Shown in pieces: positions 10,811-20,982 of a stretch of 64,000 nucleotides of DNA. The number at the start of each line of letters is the position of its first letter. Position 1 is the first letter of the stretch. Source of the stretch: Gammaproteobacteria bacterium (GTDB lineage: Bacteria; Pseudomonadota; Gammaproteobacteria; CBDBNL01; JAAOII01); contig OZ242372.1 of assembly GCA_965209035.1 (NCBI GenBank), positions 1,184,001 through 1,248,000 of the forward strand. Direction: 5' to 3'. The notes under the pieces were generated by a model. It worked only from the letters and a program-made list of their open reading frames with translations, had not been told where the DNA came from and ran no database searches. The position numbers and the translations under genes were made by a program.

Positions 10811-11262
10811 CGGGGAGGGTTGAAGGTTGCCCCCCGTTTTTTGGTTTTTAATATTCGCCTGTTTGGCTATTTAAGCGGAGTTGGTTCATTCGTGCTACCC
10901 GTTTTCTCTATTTTTCCCGCTTCCTCGGTTTATTCCCATCCTGCCGTTATTCCGGTTGTTCCGGATCCGGTTTTTGCGCCGTTATCCATTCCAATGCGGC
11001 CTGTTTGATCGCGGCGATTTGTTCTTCGGGGAAGGTTGCAGGTTGCCCCCCCGCTTTTTAATTTTTAATATTCGGCTGTTTGGCTAGTTGAGCGGGGTTG
11101 CCGGTTCATTTGTTTTTCCCGTTTCCTCTTTTTATTTCCCCCGCCGTTGTCCCGGTTGTTTCGGTCATTCCGAATCCGGTTTTTGCGCCGTTATCCATTC
11201 CAAGGCGGCTTGTTTGATCGCGGCAGTTTGTTCTTCGGGGAGATTGAAGTTTGCCCCGCGCT
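10811..11262 (-). repeat. Degenerate ~210-bp tandem duplication of the alaS 3' end and its downstream spacer
   Basis: TCCGGTTTTTGCGCCGTTATCCATTCCAA at ~10966 and ~11175; GGTTGCCCCCCG..TTTTTAATATTCG..CTGTTTGGCTA at ~10825 and ~11041. Confidence 0.8.
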
Positions 11263-13846
11263 TGAGACCGCCGCGGGCTTTTTCGGTTGAACCGCCGCCG
11301 CCGCCGCCGAATTGCGAGATTAAATGTTTCAGCAGTTTCTCCGCCGGGTAGTCCCCGGTCTGTTGTTTGCCGGCGAGAATCATGACCGTGATGTTGTCGC
11401 TGCCCGGCGGTTCGTTTAGCAGAATTGCGATGCCGGTTGCAAACTTTTCGCGGCAGTCGTCCGCCAGACGCATAAACGCGGGCTGTGTCAGGTTTTGGCA
11501 GTTAAATACCGCCAAGCGCGTTCCGCCGGCCGACTCGGCGTTTGCATAGGTCCTGCGGAGATCCTTGAGTGCCAGTTCGGCGCGCAACCGATGCAATTCT
11601 TTTTCGGTTTGTATCAGTTTTTTGCGCAGCGAGGAAACATCGGCGAGGAGATGCGCGTCTTCCTTGGTGCCAAGCAGAGTGCCGAGTTTTTTGAGAGTTG
11701 CCCGCCGAGTTCGCTCCGAGTGCACGGCGGCCCTGCCGGTTTGCGCGACCAGGCGGCGAATGCCGGCGGCAACGCCGCTCTCGCTTTCTATGCGGAGGAC
11801 ACCGAGTTCGCCGCTGTTGGCGACATGTGTGCCGCCACAAAGTTCAACCGAGGCGGTCTCTTCCGTGTTTTCTATGGAAACCACCCGCACCCGTTCGCCG
11901 TATTTTTCTCCGAACAACGCAACCGCACCGAGTTTTTTTGCTTCGGTTAGCGGCATTTCTTGCGCGGTGATTGGCATTGTTCGGGCGATGCGTTCATTCA
12001 CCCAGTCCTCCAATTCCGCCAGGGTTGTTGCGTCCAACGCGGTCGTGTGGGCAAAGTCCAACCGAAGGCGGTTCTCCGTTACCAGAGAGCCGCGTTGAAG
12101 GGCATGGTCGCCCAAAATCTGCCGCAGGGCGGCGTGCAGCAGGTGGGTTGCCGTATGGTGGCGGCGAATCTCGGCGCGCTTGTTGGGGTCGGCTGTGGCG
12201 GTTAGGGTGTCGCCGACTTGCATTTGACCTTCTTCGATTTTGCCGAAATGCAGAAAGATGCCGTTTTGCTTTTGGGTGTCCGTCACCCGGAAAAGAGATG
12301 CGCGCGTGACGATTCTGCCCATATCGCCGACCTGCCCGCCACTCTCGGCATAAAAAGGAGTCGTGTCCGGGATGAGAGTGCCGGTTTCACCGGCAGCCAG
12401 GGTTTGGACGGGCTTGCCGTCCGCATTGAGCATTCCAAGCAGTCGCGCCGGCGCTTCGGTTTTATCGTAACCGACAAAGGAAGTGGGTTTTTTTATATCC
12501 GCGGGAATTTTTTGTCGCCGATCGCTGAACAGGCCGTAAGCACGCGAACGCTTGCGTTGTTCTTGCATGGCTTTTTCAAACCCCGCCCAATCGGTTTTCA
12601 GCGAATGCTCGCGCGCCACATCCGCCGTCAGATCCGGCGGAAACCCGTAGGTGTCGTATAGTTTGAAAACTGTCTCGCCGTTCAGCGTGTCCCTTGCTCC
12701 GCCGATCTTGGCGATGGCGGCGGTAAGAATTTCCATTCCCGCTTTCAGAGTGCGCGCAAATTGGGTTTCTTCTTCGGTTAGGACGGCGGAGATTTGTTTT
12801 TGTTGGCGATGTAATTCCGGATAGGCGTCGCCCATGATACCGATTAATGTTGGCAGAAGACGGGGAAAGCAAGGGTTTTGGATGCCAAGTTTGTCCGCAT
12901 GCCGAAGGCCGCGCCGAATGATGCGCCGCAGGACATAGCCGCGCCCTTCGTTGGAGGGCGAGGTGCCGTCGCCGATGAGAAACGCCGATGCACGCAGATG
13001 ATCGGCGATGACGCGCAGAGAGGCAATATTTTGCTCTGGCTTGCCCGCCCCGGCATCGGACGAGCCGGGGCAGAGGGCGCGCGCGCTTTCTATGAGAGGG
13101 ATAAACAGATCCGTCTCGTAATTGTTGTGGACGCCTTGGAGCACCGCGGCCATTCGCTCTAAACCCATGCCGGTATCCACCGAGGGCTTGGGCAGTTTTT
13201 GCATTTTGCCGTCGGCGAAGCGTTCGTACTGCATGAAAACGAGATTCCAGATTTCTATGAATCGCTCTCCTTCGTCTTCGGTTGGGCTGCCGGGCGGGCC
13301 GCCCGCCAATTCTGGGCCGTGGTCGTAAAAGATCTCGGAGCAGGGTCCGCAGGGGCCCGTGTCTCCCATGTTCCAGAAGTTCTCTTCAAGCCGAATGATG
13401 CGTTCCGGCGGGATGCCGATCTTGGTGCGCCAGATGTCGGCCGTTTCGTCATCCGACAGATGCACGGTGATCCATAATTTTTCTGCGGGCAAGCCGATCT
13501 CTCGGGTGAGAAGTTTCCATGCGTGCGCTATGGCGTCGTCCTTGAAATAGTCGCCGAAACTGAAATTGCCGAGCATTTCAAAAAAAGTGTGGTGGCGCGC
13601 CGTATAGCCGACATTCTCCAAATCGTTGTGTTTGCCGCCGGCGCGCACGCATTTTTGGGCGGTTACCGCACGCTGATAGGGGCGTTGTTCGCGCCCAAGA
13701 AACACATCCTTAAAGGGGGCCATGCCGGAATTAACGAAAAGAAGTGTCGGGTCATCCGCGGGGATCAGGGAGCCGCTTTCCACCCGGGTGTGTCCGGCGG
13801 CGACAAAATAGTCGATGAAAGCCCGACGAATTGCAGAAGAAAGCAT
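11165..13846 (-). CDS. alaS: Alanine--tRNA ligase
   Basis: DPTLLFVNSGM, RHHTFFEMLGNFSFGDYFK, DTGMGLER, HTATHLLH, ELCGGTHV, GGGGG. Confidence 0.98.
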   Translation of the reverse strand: MLSSAIRRAFIDYFVAAGHTRVESGSLIPADDPTLLFVNSGMAPFKDVFLGREQRPYQRAVTAQKCVRAGGKHNDLENVGYTARHHTFFEMLGNFSFGDYFKDDAIAHAWKLLTREIGLPAEKLWITVHLSDDETADIWRTKIGIPPERIIRLEENFWNMGDTGPCGPCSEIFYDHGPELAGGPPGSPTEDEGERFIEIWNLVFMQYERFADGKMQKLPKPSVDTGMGLERMAAVLQGVHNNYETDLFIPLIESARALCPGSSDAGAGKPEQNIASLRVIADHLRASAFLIGDGTSPSNEGRGYVLRRIIRRGLRHADKLGIQNPCFPRLLPTLIGIMGDAYPELHRQQKQISAVLTEEETQFARTLKAGMEILTAAIAKIGGARDTLNGETVFKLYDTYGFPPDLTADVAREHSLKTDWAGFEKAMQEQRKRSRAYGLFSDRRQKIPADIKKPTSFVGYDKTEAPARLLGMLNADGKPVQTLAAGETGTLIPDTTPFYAESGGQVGDMGRIVTRASLFRVTDTQKQNGIFLHFGKIEEGQMQVGDTLTATADPNKRAEIRRHHTATHLLHAALRQILGDHALQRGSLVTENRLRLDFAHTTALDATTLAELEDWVNERIARTMPITAQEMPLTEAKKLGAVALFGEKYGERVRVVSIENTEETASVELCGGTHVANSGELGVLRIESESGVAAGIRRLVAQTGRAAVHSERTRRATLKKLGTLLGTKEDAHLLADVSSLRKKLIQTEKELHRLRAELALKDLRRTYANAESAGGTRLAVFNCQNLTQPAFMRLADDCREKFATGIAILLNEPPGSDNITVMILAGKQQTGDYPAEKLLKHLISQFGGGGGGSTEKARGGLKRGANFNLPEEQTAAIKQAALEWITAQKPDSE

Positions 13847-13886
13847 AGGGTTATTTTATGGGAATGGGGACGGGCGACCGTCGGAT

Positions 13887-14075
13887 TGTATGATCCCACT
13901 CATTTTAGGACTTTTGTTGTTTTTGCAAAAACTGGATCGGCGAGAGTTGTTTGAGAGCATAATGGGGGCGTTCGCGATGATACCAAGCCAGCCATGCGAT
14001 GAACTTGGTGTATGATCCCACCCATTTTAGGACTTTTGTTGTTTTTGTAAAAACCGGATTGGCGAGAGTTGTTTG
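13887..14075 (-). mobile_element. Two tandem IS481-like right-end remnants (13887-14008 and 14009-14075)
   Basis: TGTATGATCCCAC..GACTTTTGTTGTTTTTG.AAAA at 13887 and 14009 is the reverse complement of the 3' end of the transposase at 57750-57864; the first copy encodes WLAWYHRERPHYALKQLSPIQFLQKQQKS. Confidence 0.85.
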
Positions 14076-14560
14076 TGGGCATCGCGGGGATCTGCTAAAT
14101 GATATCAACGCATCCCTCTCATCTCAAATCCGCGGGGCACCCGCACCCGTATAGTGCACTGTGTCGCAAGCGAGGGTGCCGCGACAGATTTTGAACAACA
14201 TGCCGCCGCCCGCACCGCGGCGACCGGAGTAGTTGGCAGTCCGGCTTACTCGCCTTATATTTTTATTCTTGCGGCACTTGAACCCGGCACCCTCCTGTTT
14301 GCGGGTTCCTTAATAGACGGACTTATTTTTGCAAAAACCGGATCAGCGAGAGTTGTTGAGGGAAAAACGGGGATCAGCCAGCATAAAGGACCCGGGTGCT
14401 TGCCAATAGATTTCGAATAACAGAGATGAGAGGCAGAAGCTAAGAAGTGGGAATTTGGGCGGGCAGTCGTCTTATTTGTCGTGCTCTGCCCTGCCTTGTC
14501 CTGTCCCGCCCCGCCCCGATCTGCCGGTCCGTTCCGGGGCTTCCCTCTTGCCGGTCTCTC

Positions 14561-16393
14561 TTACCGGTCTTGTGCCGAAAGGCCGCCCGGCAGGCAATTC
14601 AGGGCCGGGTATTGGCTGCTCGTGCCGAGATCCCAGACGCGGATGAAGGAGGCACCTGGCCCGTCATCGGTGGCATCTTCCATTTCCTCGCCGGTGTCCG
14701 GATCACACCAGAAGCTGCCCCAGTCGGCATAGATTCCCGTGAACCCGGTCGGCGATTGCAAGGCTGTCGTGCTATGACCCTCGCCCAAATTACCGGCACT
14801 CATAGACTGCATGGTGGTTTGATTATCCCAATAGGTGGCAATGACACCGGTGTCACTATTGTTGCTGCCGATCAATCCGCCGACATCACTGAGACCTGAA
14901 ACAAGCCCGGGGGCGGCATAAGAATAATTAATTTGAGCTCCTGCCCCATCCCCAACCAGGCCGCCAATACGCGATCCGGTTCCCTTAACACTTCCGCCGG
15001 ACACAGCAGCATAGCGAATATCCGCAGTCCTACCGTCCCCAACCAGGCCGCCAACAGCATTACTCCCGGCAACATTCACACCGGACACGGGCGCATAGCG
15101 AATATCCGCATCCTGACCAAGCCCAACCAGGCCGCCAACATTGCTCCTCCCGGAAATATTCACACCGAACACGGACGCATAGCGAATATCCGCATTAAAC
15201 CCCTGCCCAACCAGGCCGCCAACATTATTAATCCCGGAAATATTCACACCGGACACGGACGCATAGCGAATATCCGCATCCTCGCCAAACCCAACCAGAC
15301 CGCCAGCAAAAGAATCCGCCCCGGAAACAACTCCGCCGGATACGACGGCATAGCGGATTGCAGTATTCTGACCATTCCCAACCAGGCCGCCAACAGAATT
15401 ACTCCCGGCAACACTCACACCGGACACGGACGCATTGCGAATATTCGCATTCCTACCATCCCCAACCAGGCCGCCAACAGCAGTGGCACCGCCACTGACA
15501 TTTGCATTCCGGAGATGCAGATTTTGGATATCGCCGGTTAAGGCACCAAACAACCCCACTCCATGGGCAGTATTGCTCGCAGAGATGAACAGATCTGCAA
15601 TACGATAACCCCCGCCGTCAAAGATTCCGGTATAAGACGTGCAAACAATCGCTGATGAACAAGAGCCGATCGGCTGCCAACCTCTGCCGGTCGTCCAGAC
15701 ATCCATCTTACTGCGGTTCGCATAGGATTCCGGGTCGCTAAAATTCAACGAGCGGCTCAATTCGTAGCCATTACAGCCGGAACTCGGGCAACCGACAGAG
15801 CCCATAGCGGTAATATTGGGAAACATCCCATCATCCGTTCCATTGCCATTGAGATTATCGCGCAGCCGTGCCAAGTCATCCAAAGTGCTGATTTCTATGA
15901 GGCTGTTATTATTGTCGTCCACATCTGTCTCATCCAAGATCTCGTCATTGTCATCGTCCGGGTCCTCCCTCAGGGTTGTTTGACATCCGGTAACCAAACT
16001 ATCCGGCAGCTCATCGCCATCCGTGTCCACACTCGCACAGGCATCTGTCCGGAACGCATCGTCCGTATCCGCCACGCCATCATTGTCATCGTCCAAATCC
16101 TCGCCCGCATCGCGACAGCCGTCACGGTCATTGTCCGTAGATGCATTGGAAGTCCAGCCAGTATCGCCGCCGCTCGGACAGGCATCCGCAGTATCCGCAA
16201 TTCCGTCTCCATCCAAGTCTGTGTTCGTTCCCCCGCCGGAACCGCCGCCACCGGAACCGCCACAGGCGGCGAGTAGGACAACCGATAGAGTGATTGTCAA
16301 TAATAGAATGATGCCGCTGCGTGCCGTTTGCCCGGCCGCGGCAATACATGCAATGCAGTTGCTACTGATCGTTTGTTCTTTAAATATTTTCAT
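14561..16393 (-). CDS. TSP3/GLUG-like repeat surface lipoprotein A (8 GGL[VI]G repeats)
   Basis: Lipobox VLLAAC, Gly linker, DLDGDGIADTADACP Asp-rich repeats, YTGIFDGGGY, solenoid repeats, C-terminal WDLG..QYPALNCLPGG. Start MKIFKEQ chosen by alignment with paralogs. Confidence 0.85.
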   Translation of the reverse strand: MKIFKEQTISSNCIACIAAAGQTARSGIILLLTITLSVVLLAACGGSGGGGSGGGTNTDLDGDGIADTADACPSGGDTGWTSNASTDNDRDGCRDAGEDLDDDNDGVADTDDAFRTDACASVDTDGDELPDSLVTGCQTTLREDPDDDNDEILDETDVDDNNNSLIEISTLDDLARLRDNLNGNGTDDGMFPNITAMGSVGCPSSGCNGYELSRSLNFSDPESYANRSKMDVWTTGRGWQPIGSCSSAIVCTSYTGIFDGGGYRIADLFISASNTAHGVGLFGALTGDIQNLHLRNANVSGGATAVGGLVGDGRNANIRNASVSGVSVAGSNSVGGLVGNGQNTAIRYAVVSGGVVSGADSFAGGLVGFGEDADIRYASVSGVNISGINNVGGLVGQGFNADIRYASVFGVNISGRSNVGGLVGLGQDADIRYAPVSGVNVAGSNAVGGLVGDGRTADIRYAAVSGGSVKGTGSRIGGLVGDGAGAQINYSYAAPGLVSGLSDVGGLIGSNNSDTGVIATYWDNQTTMQSMSAGNLGEGHSTTALQSPTGFTGIYADWGSFWCDPDTGEEMEDATDDGPGASFIRVWDLGTSSQYPALNCLPGGLSAQDR

Positions 16394-16483
16394 AGTAATT
16401 TGTTTGTAATGAATTAATAATAACAGTTCCTTGCATAAGGAATAGTAATAATATACCATATTTCGCCGGATCTTCCTTTAAAT

Positions 16484-16548
16484 TGTATGATCCCACCCAT
16501 TTCCGGACTTTTGTTGTTTTTGTAAAAACCGGATCGGTGAGAGTTGTT
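16484..16548 (-). mobile_element. IS481-like right-end fragment upstream of adhesin A
   Basis: TGTATGATCCCACCCATTTCCGGACTTTTGTTGTTTTTGTAAAAACCGGATCGGTGAGAGTTGTT. Confidence 0.8.
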
Positions 16549-16747
16549 GAGGGAAAAACGCGTATCAGCCGGCATAAAAGACCCGGGTGCCTGCCAATAG
16601 ATTTCGAATAATAATAGATGAGAGGCAGAAGCTAAGAAGTTGGAAGTTGGGCGGGCAGTCGTCTTATTTGTCGTACTCTGCCCTGCCTCGTCCTGTCCCG
16701 CCCCGATCTGCCGGTCCGTTCCGGGGCTTCCCTCTTGCCGGCCTCTC

Positions 16748-18409
16748 TTACCGGTCTTGTGCCGAAAGGCCGCCCGGCAGGCAATTCAGGGCCGGGTATT
16801 GGCTGTCCGTGCCGAGATCCCAGACGCGGATGAAACCGGGCGGTTGGGAAGAACTTGTCATTTCCTCGCCGGTGTTCGGGTTGCACCAGAAGTTACCCCA
16901 GACCTCATAGATGCTCCCGGCAAACTCGGTCGGCGATTGTAAGGCTGTCGTGCTATGACCCTCGCCCAAATCACCGGCACTCATAGACTGCATGGTGGTT
17001 TGATTGTCCCAATAGGTGGCAATAACATCGGTGTCACTATCGGTGAAGCCGATCAATCCACCGACATCACTACCGCCGGAAACAAGCCCAGGGGCGGCAT
17101 AAGAATAATTAATTTGAGATCCTGTCCCCGTCCCAACTAGGCCGCCAACACGCGATCCGGTTCCCTTAACACTTCCACCGGACACGGACGCATAGCGAAT
17201 ATCCGCATTAATCCCTTGCCCAGCCAGGCCGCCAACATTACTACTCCCGGAAACATTCACACCGGACACGGACGCATAGCGAATATCCGCATTCCTACCA
17301 AACCCAACCAGGCCGCCAGCAAAAGAATCCGCCCCGGAAACAACTCCGCCGGATACGACGGCATAGCGAATATCCGCATCCTCGCCATTCCCAACCAGGC
17401 CGCCAACAGAAAAACCCCCGGCAACACTCACACCGGACACGGACGCATTGCGAATATCCGCATTCCTACCATACCCAACCAGGCCGCCAATAGCAGTGGC
17501 ACTGCCATTGACATTTGCATTCCGGAGATGCAGATTTTGGATATCGCCGGTTAAGGCACCAAATAACCCCACTCCATTGGCAGTATTGCTCGCAGAGATA
17601 AACAGATCTGCAATACGATAACCCCCGCCGTCAAAGATTCCGGTATAAGACGTGCAATCAATCGCTGATGAACAAGAGCCGATCGGCTGCCAACCTCTGC
17701 CGGTCGTCCAGACAGACCGGTTGCCACTGCCCGCGGCATAGGAATCCGCATCGCTAAAATTCAACGAGCGAGTTAATTCGTAGCCATTACAGCCGGAACT
17801 CGGGCAACCCACAGAACCCATAGCGGTAATCTCGGGAAACATCCCATCATCCGTTCCATTGCCATTGAGATTATCGCGCAGCCGTGCCAAGTCATCCAAA
17901 GTGCTGATTTCTATGAGGCTGTTATTATTGTCGTCCACATCTGTCTCATCCAAGATCTCGTCATTGTCATCGTCCGGGTCCTCCCTCAGGGTTGTTTGAC
18001 ATCCGGTAACCAAACTATCCGGCAGCTCATCGCCATCCGTGTCCACACTCGCACAGGCATCTGTCCGGAACGCATCGTCCGTATCCGCCACGCCATCATT
18101 GTCATCGTCCAAATCCTCGCCCGCATCGCGACAGCCGTCACGGTCATTGTCCGTAGATGCATTGGAAGTCCAGCCAGTATCGCCGCCGCTCGGACAAGCA
18201 TCCGCAGTATCCGCAATGCCGTCTCCATCCAAGTCTGTGTTCGTTCCCCCGCCGGAACCGCCGCCGGAACCACCGCCACAGGCGGCGAGTAGGACAACCG
18301 ACAGAGCGATTGTCAATAATAGAATGATGCCGCTGCGTGCCGTTTGCCCGGCCGCGGCAATACATGCAATGCAGTTGCTACTGATCGTTTGTATATCAAA
18401 TATGTTCAT
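16748..18409 (-). CDS. TSP3/GLUG-like repeat surface lipoprotein B (6 repeats)
   Basis: Paralog of A with near-identical N-terminal half; lipobox LAAC. Confidence 0.87.
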   Translation of the reverse strand: MNIFDIQTISSNCIACIAAAGQTARSGIILLLTIALSVVLLAACGGGSGGGSGGGTNTDLDGDGIADTADACPSGGDTGWTSNASTDNDRDGCRDAGEDLDDDNDGVADTDDAFRTDACASVDTDGDELPDSLVTGCQTTLREDPDDDNDEILDETDVDDNNNSLIEISTLDDLARLRDNLNGNGTDDGMFPEITAMGSVGCPSSGCNGYELTRSLNFSDADSYAAGSGNRSVWTTGRGWQPIGSCSSAIDCTSYTGIFDGGGYRIADLFISASNTANGVGLFGALTGDIQNLHLRNANVNGSATAIGGLVGYGRNADIRNASVSGVSVAGGFSVGGLVGNGEDADIRYAVVSGGVVSGADSFAGGLVGFGRNADIRYASVSGVNVSGSSNVGGLAGQGINADIRYASVSGGSVKGTGSRVGGLVGTGTGSQINYSYAAPGLVSGGSDVGGLIGFTDSDTDVIATYWDNQTTMQSMSAGDLGEGHSTTALQSPTEFAGSIYEVWGNFWCNPNTGEEMTSSSQPPGFIRVWDLGTDSQYPALNCLPGGLSAQDR

Positions 18410-18500
18410 AATTTATTTTTGTAATTGTGAATTAATAATAAAGTTCCCTAAATAAGGAATAGTAATAATATACCATATTTCGCCGGATCTTCCTTTAAAT

Positions 18501-18565
18501 TGTATGATCCCACCCATTTCCGGACTTTTGTTGTTTTTGTAAAAACCGGATCGGTGAGAATTGTT
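18501..18565 (-). mobile_element. IS481-like right-end fragment upstream of adhesin B
   Basis: Same TGTATGATCCCACCCATTTCCGGAC.. motif. Confidence 0.8.
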
Positions 18566-18766
18566 GAGGGAAAAACGGGGATCAGCCAGCATAAAGGACC
18601 CGGGTGCTTGCCAATAGATTTCGAATAACAGAGATGAGAGGCAGAAGCTAAGAAGTGGGAATTTGGGCGGGCAGTCGTCTTATTTGTCGTGCTCTGCCCT
18701 GCCTCGTCCCGATCTGCCGGTCCGTTCCGGGGCTTCCCTCTTGCCGGCCTCTCTTACCGGCCCCTC

Positions 18767-20614
18767 TTACCGGTCTTGTGCCGAGAGGCCGCCCGGCAGG
18801 CAATTCAGAGCCGGGTATTGGCTGTCCGTGCCGAGATCCCAGACGCGGATGAAGGGGGCGGGCAACTCGGTGGTGCTTTCCGCACCGGTGTTCGGGTTGC
18901 ACCAAGCATTGCCCCAGTCGGCATAGATTCCCGTGAACTCGGTCGGCGATTGCAAGGCTGTCGTGCTATGACCATCGCCCAAATTACCGTCACTCATAGA
19001 CTGCATGGTGGTTTGATTGTCCCAATAGGTGGCAATGACATTGGTCTCAGCATTGGCGCTGCCGATCAATCCGCCAAGATCACCGGGACCTGAAACAAGC
19101 CCGGGGGCGGCATAAGAATAATTAATTTGAGCTTTTTCCCCATACCCAACCAGACCGCCAGCATCACCAAAACCCTCGCCGCCGCTCCCGGCAACACTTC
19201 CGCCGAGCACATAGGCATAGCGAATATCCGCATTCCTACCAAACCCAACCAGGCCGCCAACAGCAGTAAGCCCGGAAACATTTCCGCCGGACACGGACGC
19301 ATAGCGAATATCCGCATTCTCACCATGCCCAACCAGGCCGCCAACAAAATCCCCGGAAACATCCATACCGGACACGAACGCATAGCGAATATCCGCATTT
19401 AGACCATTCCCAGCCAGACCGCCAGCTCTATTCTCGACAGCATTCCCGGCAACACTTCCGCCGGACACGGACGCATAGCGAATATCCGCATTCCTACCAT
19501 ACCCAACCAGGCCGCCAACAGCAGCAAAATCCTCGCCGCCGCTCTCGGCAACACTTCCGCCGGACACGGACGCATAGCGAATATCCGCATTCTCACCATA
19601 CCCAACCAGGCCGCCAACATTATTACTCCCGGCAACACTTCCGCCGGACACGGACGCATTGCGAATAGACGCATTCGTACCATACCCAACCAGGCCGCCC
19701 ACATCAGCGGCACCGCCACTGACATCTGCATTCCGGAGATGCAGATTTTGGATATCGCCGGTTAAGGCACCAAACAACCCCACTCCATAGGTAGTATTGC
19801 TCGCAGAGATGAACAGATCGGCAATACGATAACCCCCGCCGTCAAAGATTCCGGTATAAGAGGTGCAATTATTCGCTGATGAACAAGAGCCGATCGGCTG
19901 CCAACCTCTGTCGGTCGTCCAGACAGACCGGTTGCCACTGCCCGCGGCATAGGAATCCGCATCGTTAAAATTCAACGAGCGAGTTAATTCGTAGCCATTA
20001 CAGCCGGAACTCGGGCAACCGACAGAACCCATAGCGGTAATATTGGGAAACATCCCATCATCCGTTCCATTGCCATTGAGATTATCGCGCAGCCGTGCCA
20101 AGTCATCCAAAGTGCTGATTTCTATGAGGCTGTTATTATTGTCGTCCACATCTGTCTCATCCAAGATCTCGTCATTGTCATCGTCCGGGTCCTCCCTCAG
20201 GGTTGTTTGACATCCGGTAACCAAACTATCCGGCAGCTCATCGCCATCCGTGTCCACACTCGCACAGGCATCTGTCCGGAACGCATCGTCCGTATCCGCC
20301 ACGCCATCATTGTCATCGTCCAAATCCTCGCCCGCATCGCGACAGCCGTCACGGTCATTGTCCGTAGATGCATTGGAAGTCCAGCCAGTATCGCCGCCGC
20401 GCGGACAGGCATCCGCAGTATCCGCAATGCCGTCTCCATCCGTGTCCGCTTCCGGAGGAGGGGTGCCACCGCCGCCACCACCACAGGCGGCGAGTAGGAC
20501 AACCGACAGAGCGATTGTCAATAATAGAATGATGCCGCTGCGTGCCGTTTGTCCGGCCGCGGCAATACATGCAATGCAGCTGCTACTGATCGTTTGTATA
20601 TTAAATATGTTCAT
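18767..20614 (-). CDS. TSP3/GLUG-like repeat surface lipoprotein C (8 repeats)
   Basis: Paralog; lipobox LAAC; longer loops in some repeats (AESGGEDFAAV). Confidence 0.87.
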   Translation of the reverse strand: MNIFNIQTISSSCIACIAAAGQTARSGIILLLTIALSVVLLAACGGGGGGTPPPEADTDGDGIADTADACPRGGDTGWTSNASTDNDRDGCRDAGEDLDDDNDGVADTDDAFRTDACASVDTDGDELPDSLVTGCQTTLREDPDDDNDEILDETDVDDNNNSLIEISTLDDLARLRDNLNGNGTDDGMFPNITAMGSVGCPSSGCNGYELTRSLNFNDADSYAAGSGNRSVWTTDRGWQPIGSCSSANNCTSYTGIFDGGGYRIADLFISASNTTYGVGLFGALTGDIQNLHLRNADVSGGAADVGGLVGYGTNASIRNASVSGGSVAGSNNVGGLVGYGENADIRYASVSGGSVAESGGEDFAAVGGLVGYGRNADIRYASVSGGSVAGNAVENRAGGLAGNGLNADIRYAFVSGMDVSGDFVGGLVGHGENADIRYASVSGGNVSGLTAVGGLVGFGRNADIRYAYVLGGSVAGSGGEGFGDAGGLVGYGEKAQINYSYAAPGLVSGPGDLGGLIGSANAETNVIATYWDNQTTMQSMSDGNLGDGHSTTALQSPTEFTGIYADWGNAWCNPNTGAESTTELPAPFIRVWDLGTDSQYPALNCLPGGLSAQDR

Positions 20615-20705
20615 AATTTATTTTTGTAATTGTGAATTAATAATAAAGTTCCCTAAATAAGGAATAGTAATAATATACCATATTTCGCCGGATCTTCCTT
20701 TAAAT

Positions 20706-20770
20706 TGTATGATCCCACCCATTTCCGGACTCTTTTTGTTTTTGCAAAAACCGGATCGGCGAGAGTTGTT
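20706..20770 (-). mobile_element. IS481-like right-end fragment upstream of adhesin C
   Basis: Same motif. Confidence 0.8.
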
Positions 20771-20982
20771 GAGGGAAAAACGCGTATCAGCCGGCATAAA
20801 AGACCCGGGTGCCTGCCAATAGATTTTGAATAACAGATGAGAGGTAGAGGCTAAGAATAAGTTGGAAGTTGGGCGGGCAGTTGCCTTATTTGTCGTGCTC
20901 TGCCCTGCCTCGGCCTGTCCCGCCCCGATCTGCCGGTCCGTTTCGGGGCTTCCCTCTTGCCGACCTCTCTTACCGGCCCCTC

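Noticed and set aside
14080-14300. Possible ncRNA (6S-like or riboswitch) upstream of alaS
   Set aside because: GC-rich, but no family consensus could be recognised by eye; needs an Rfam search.
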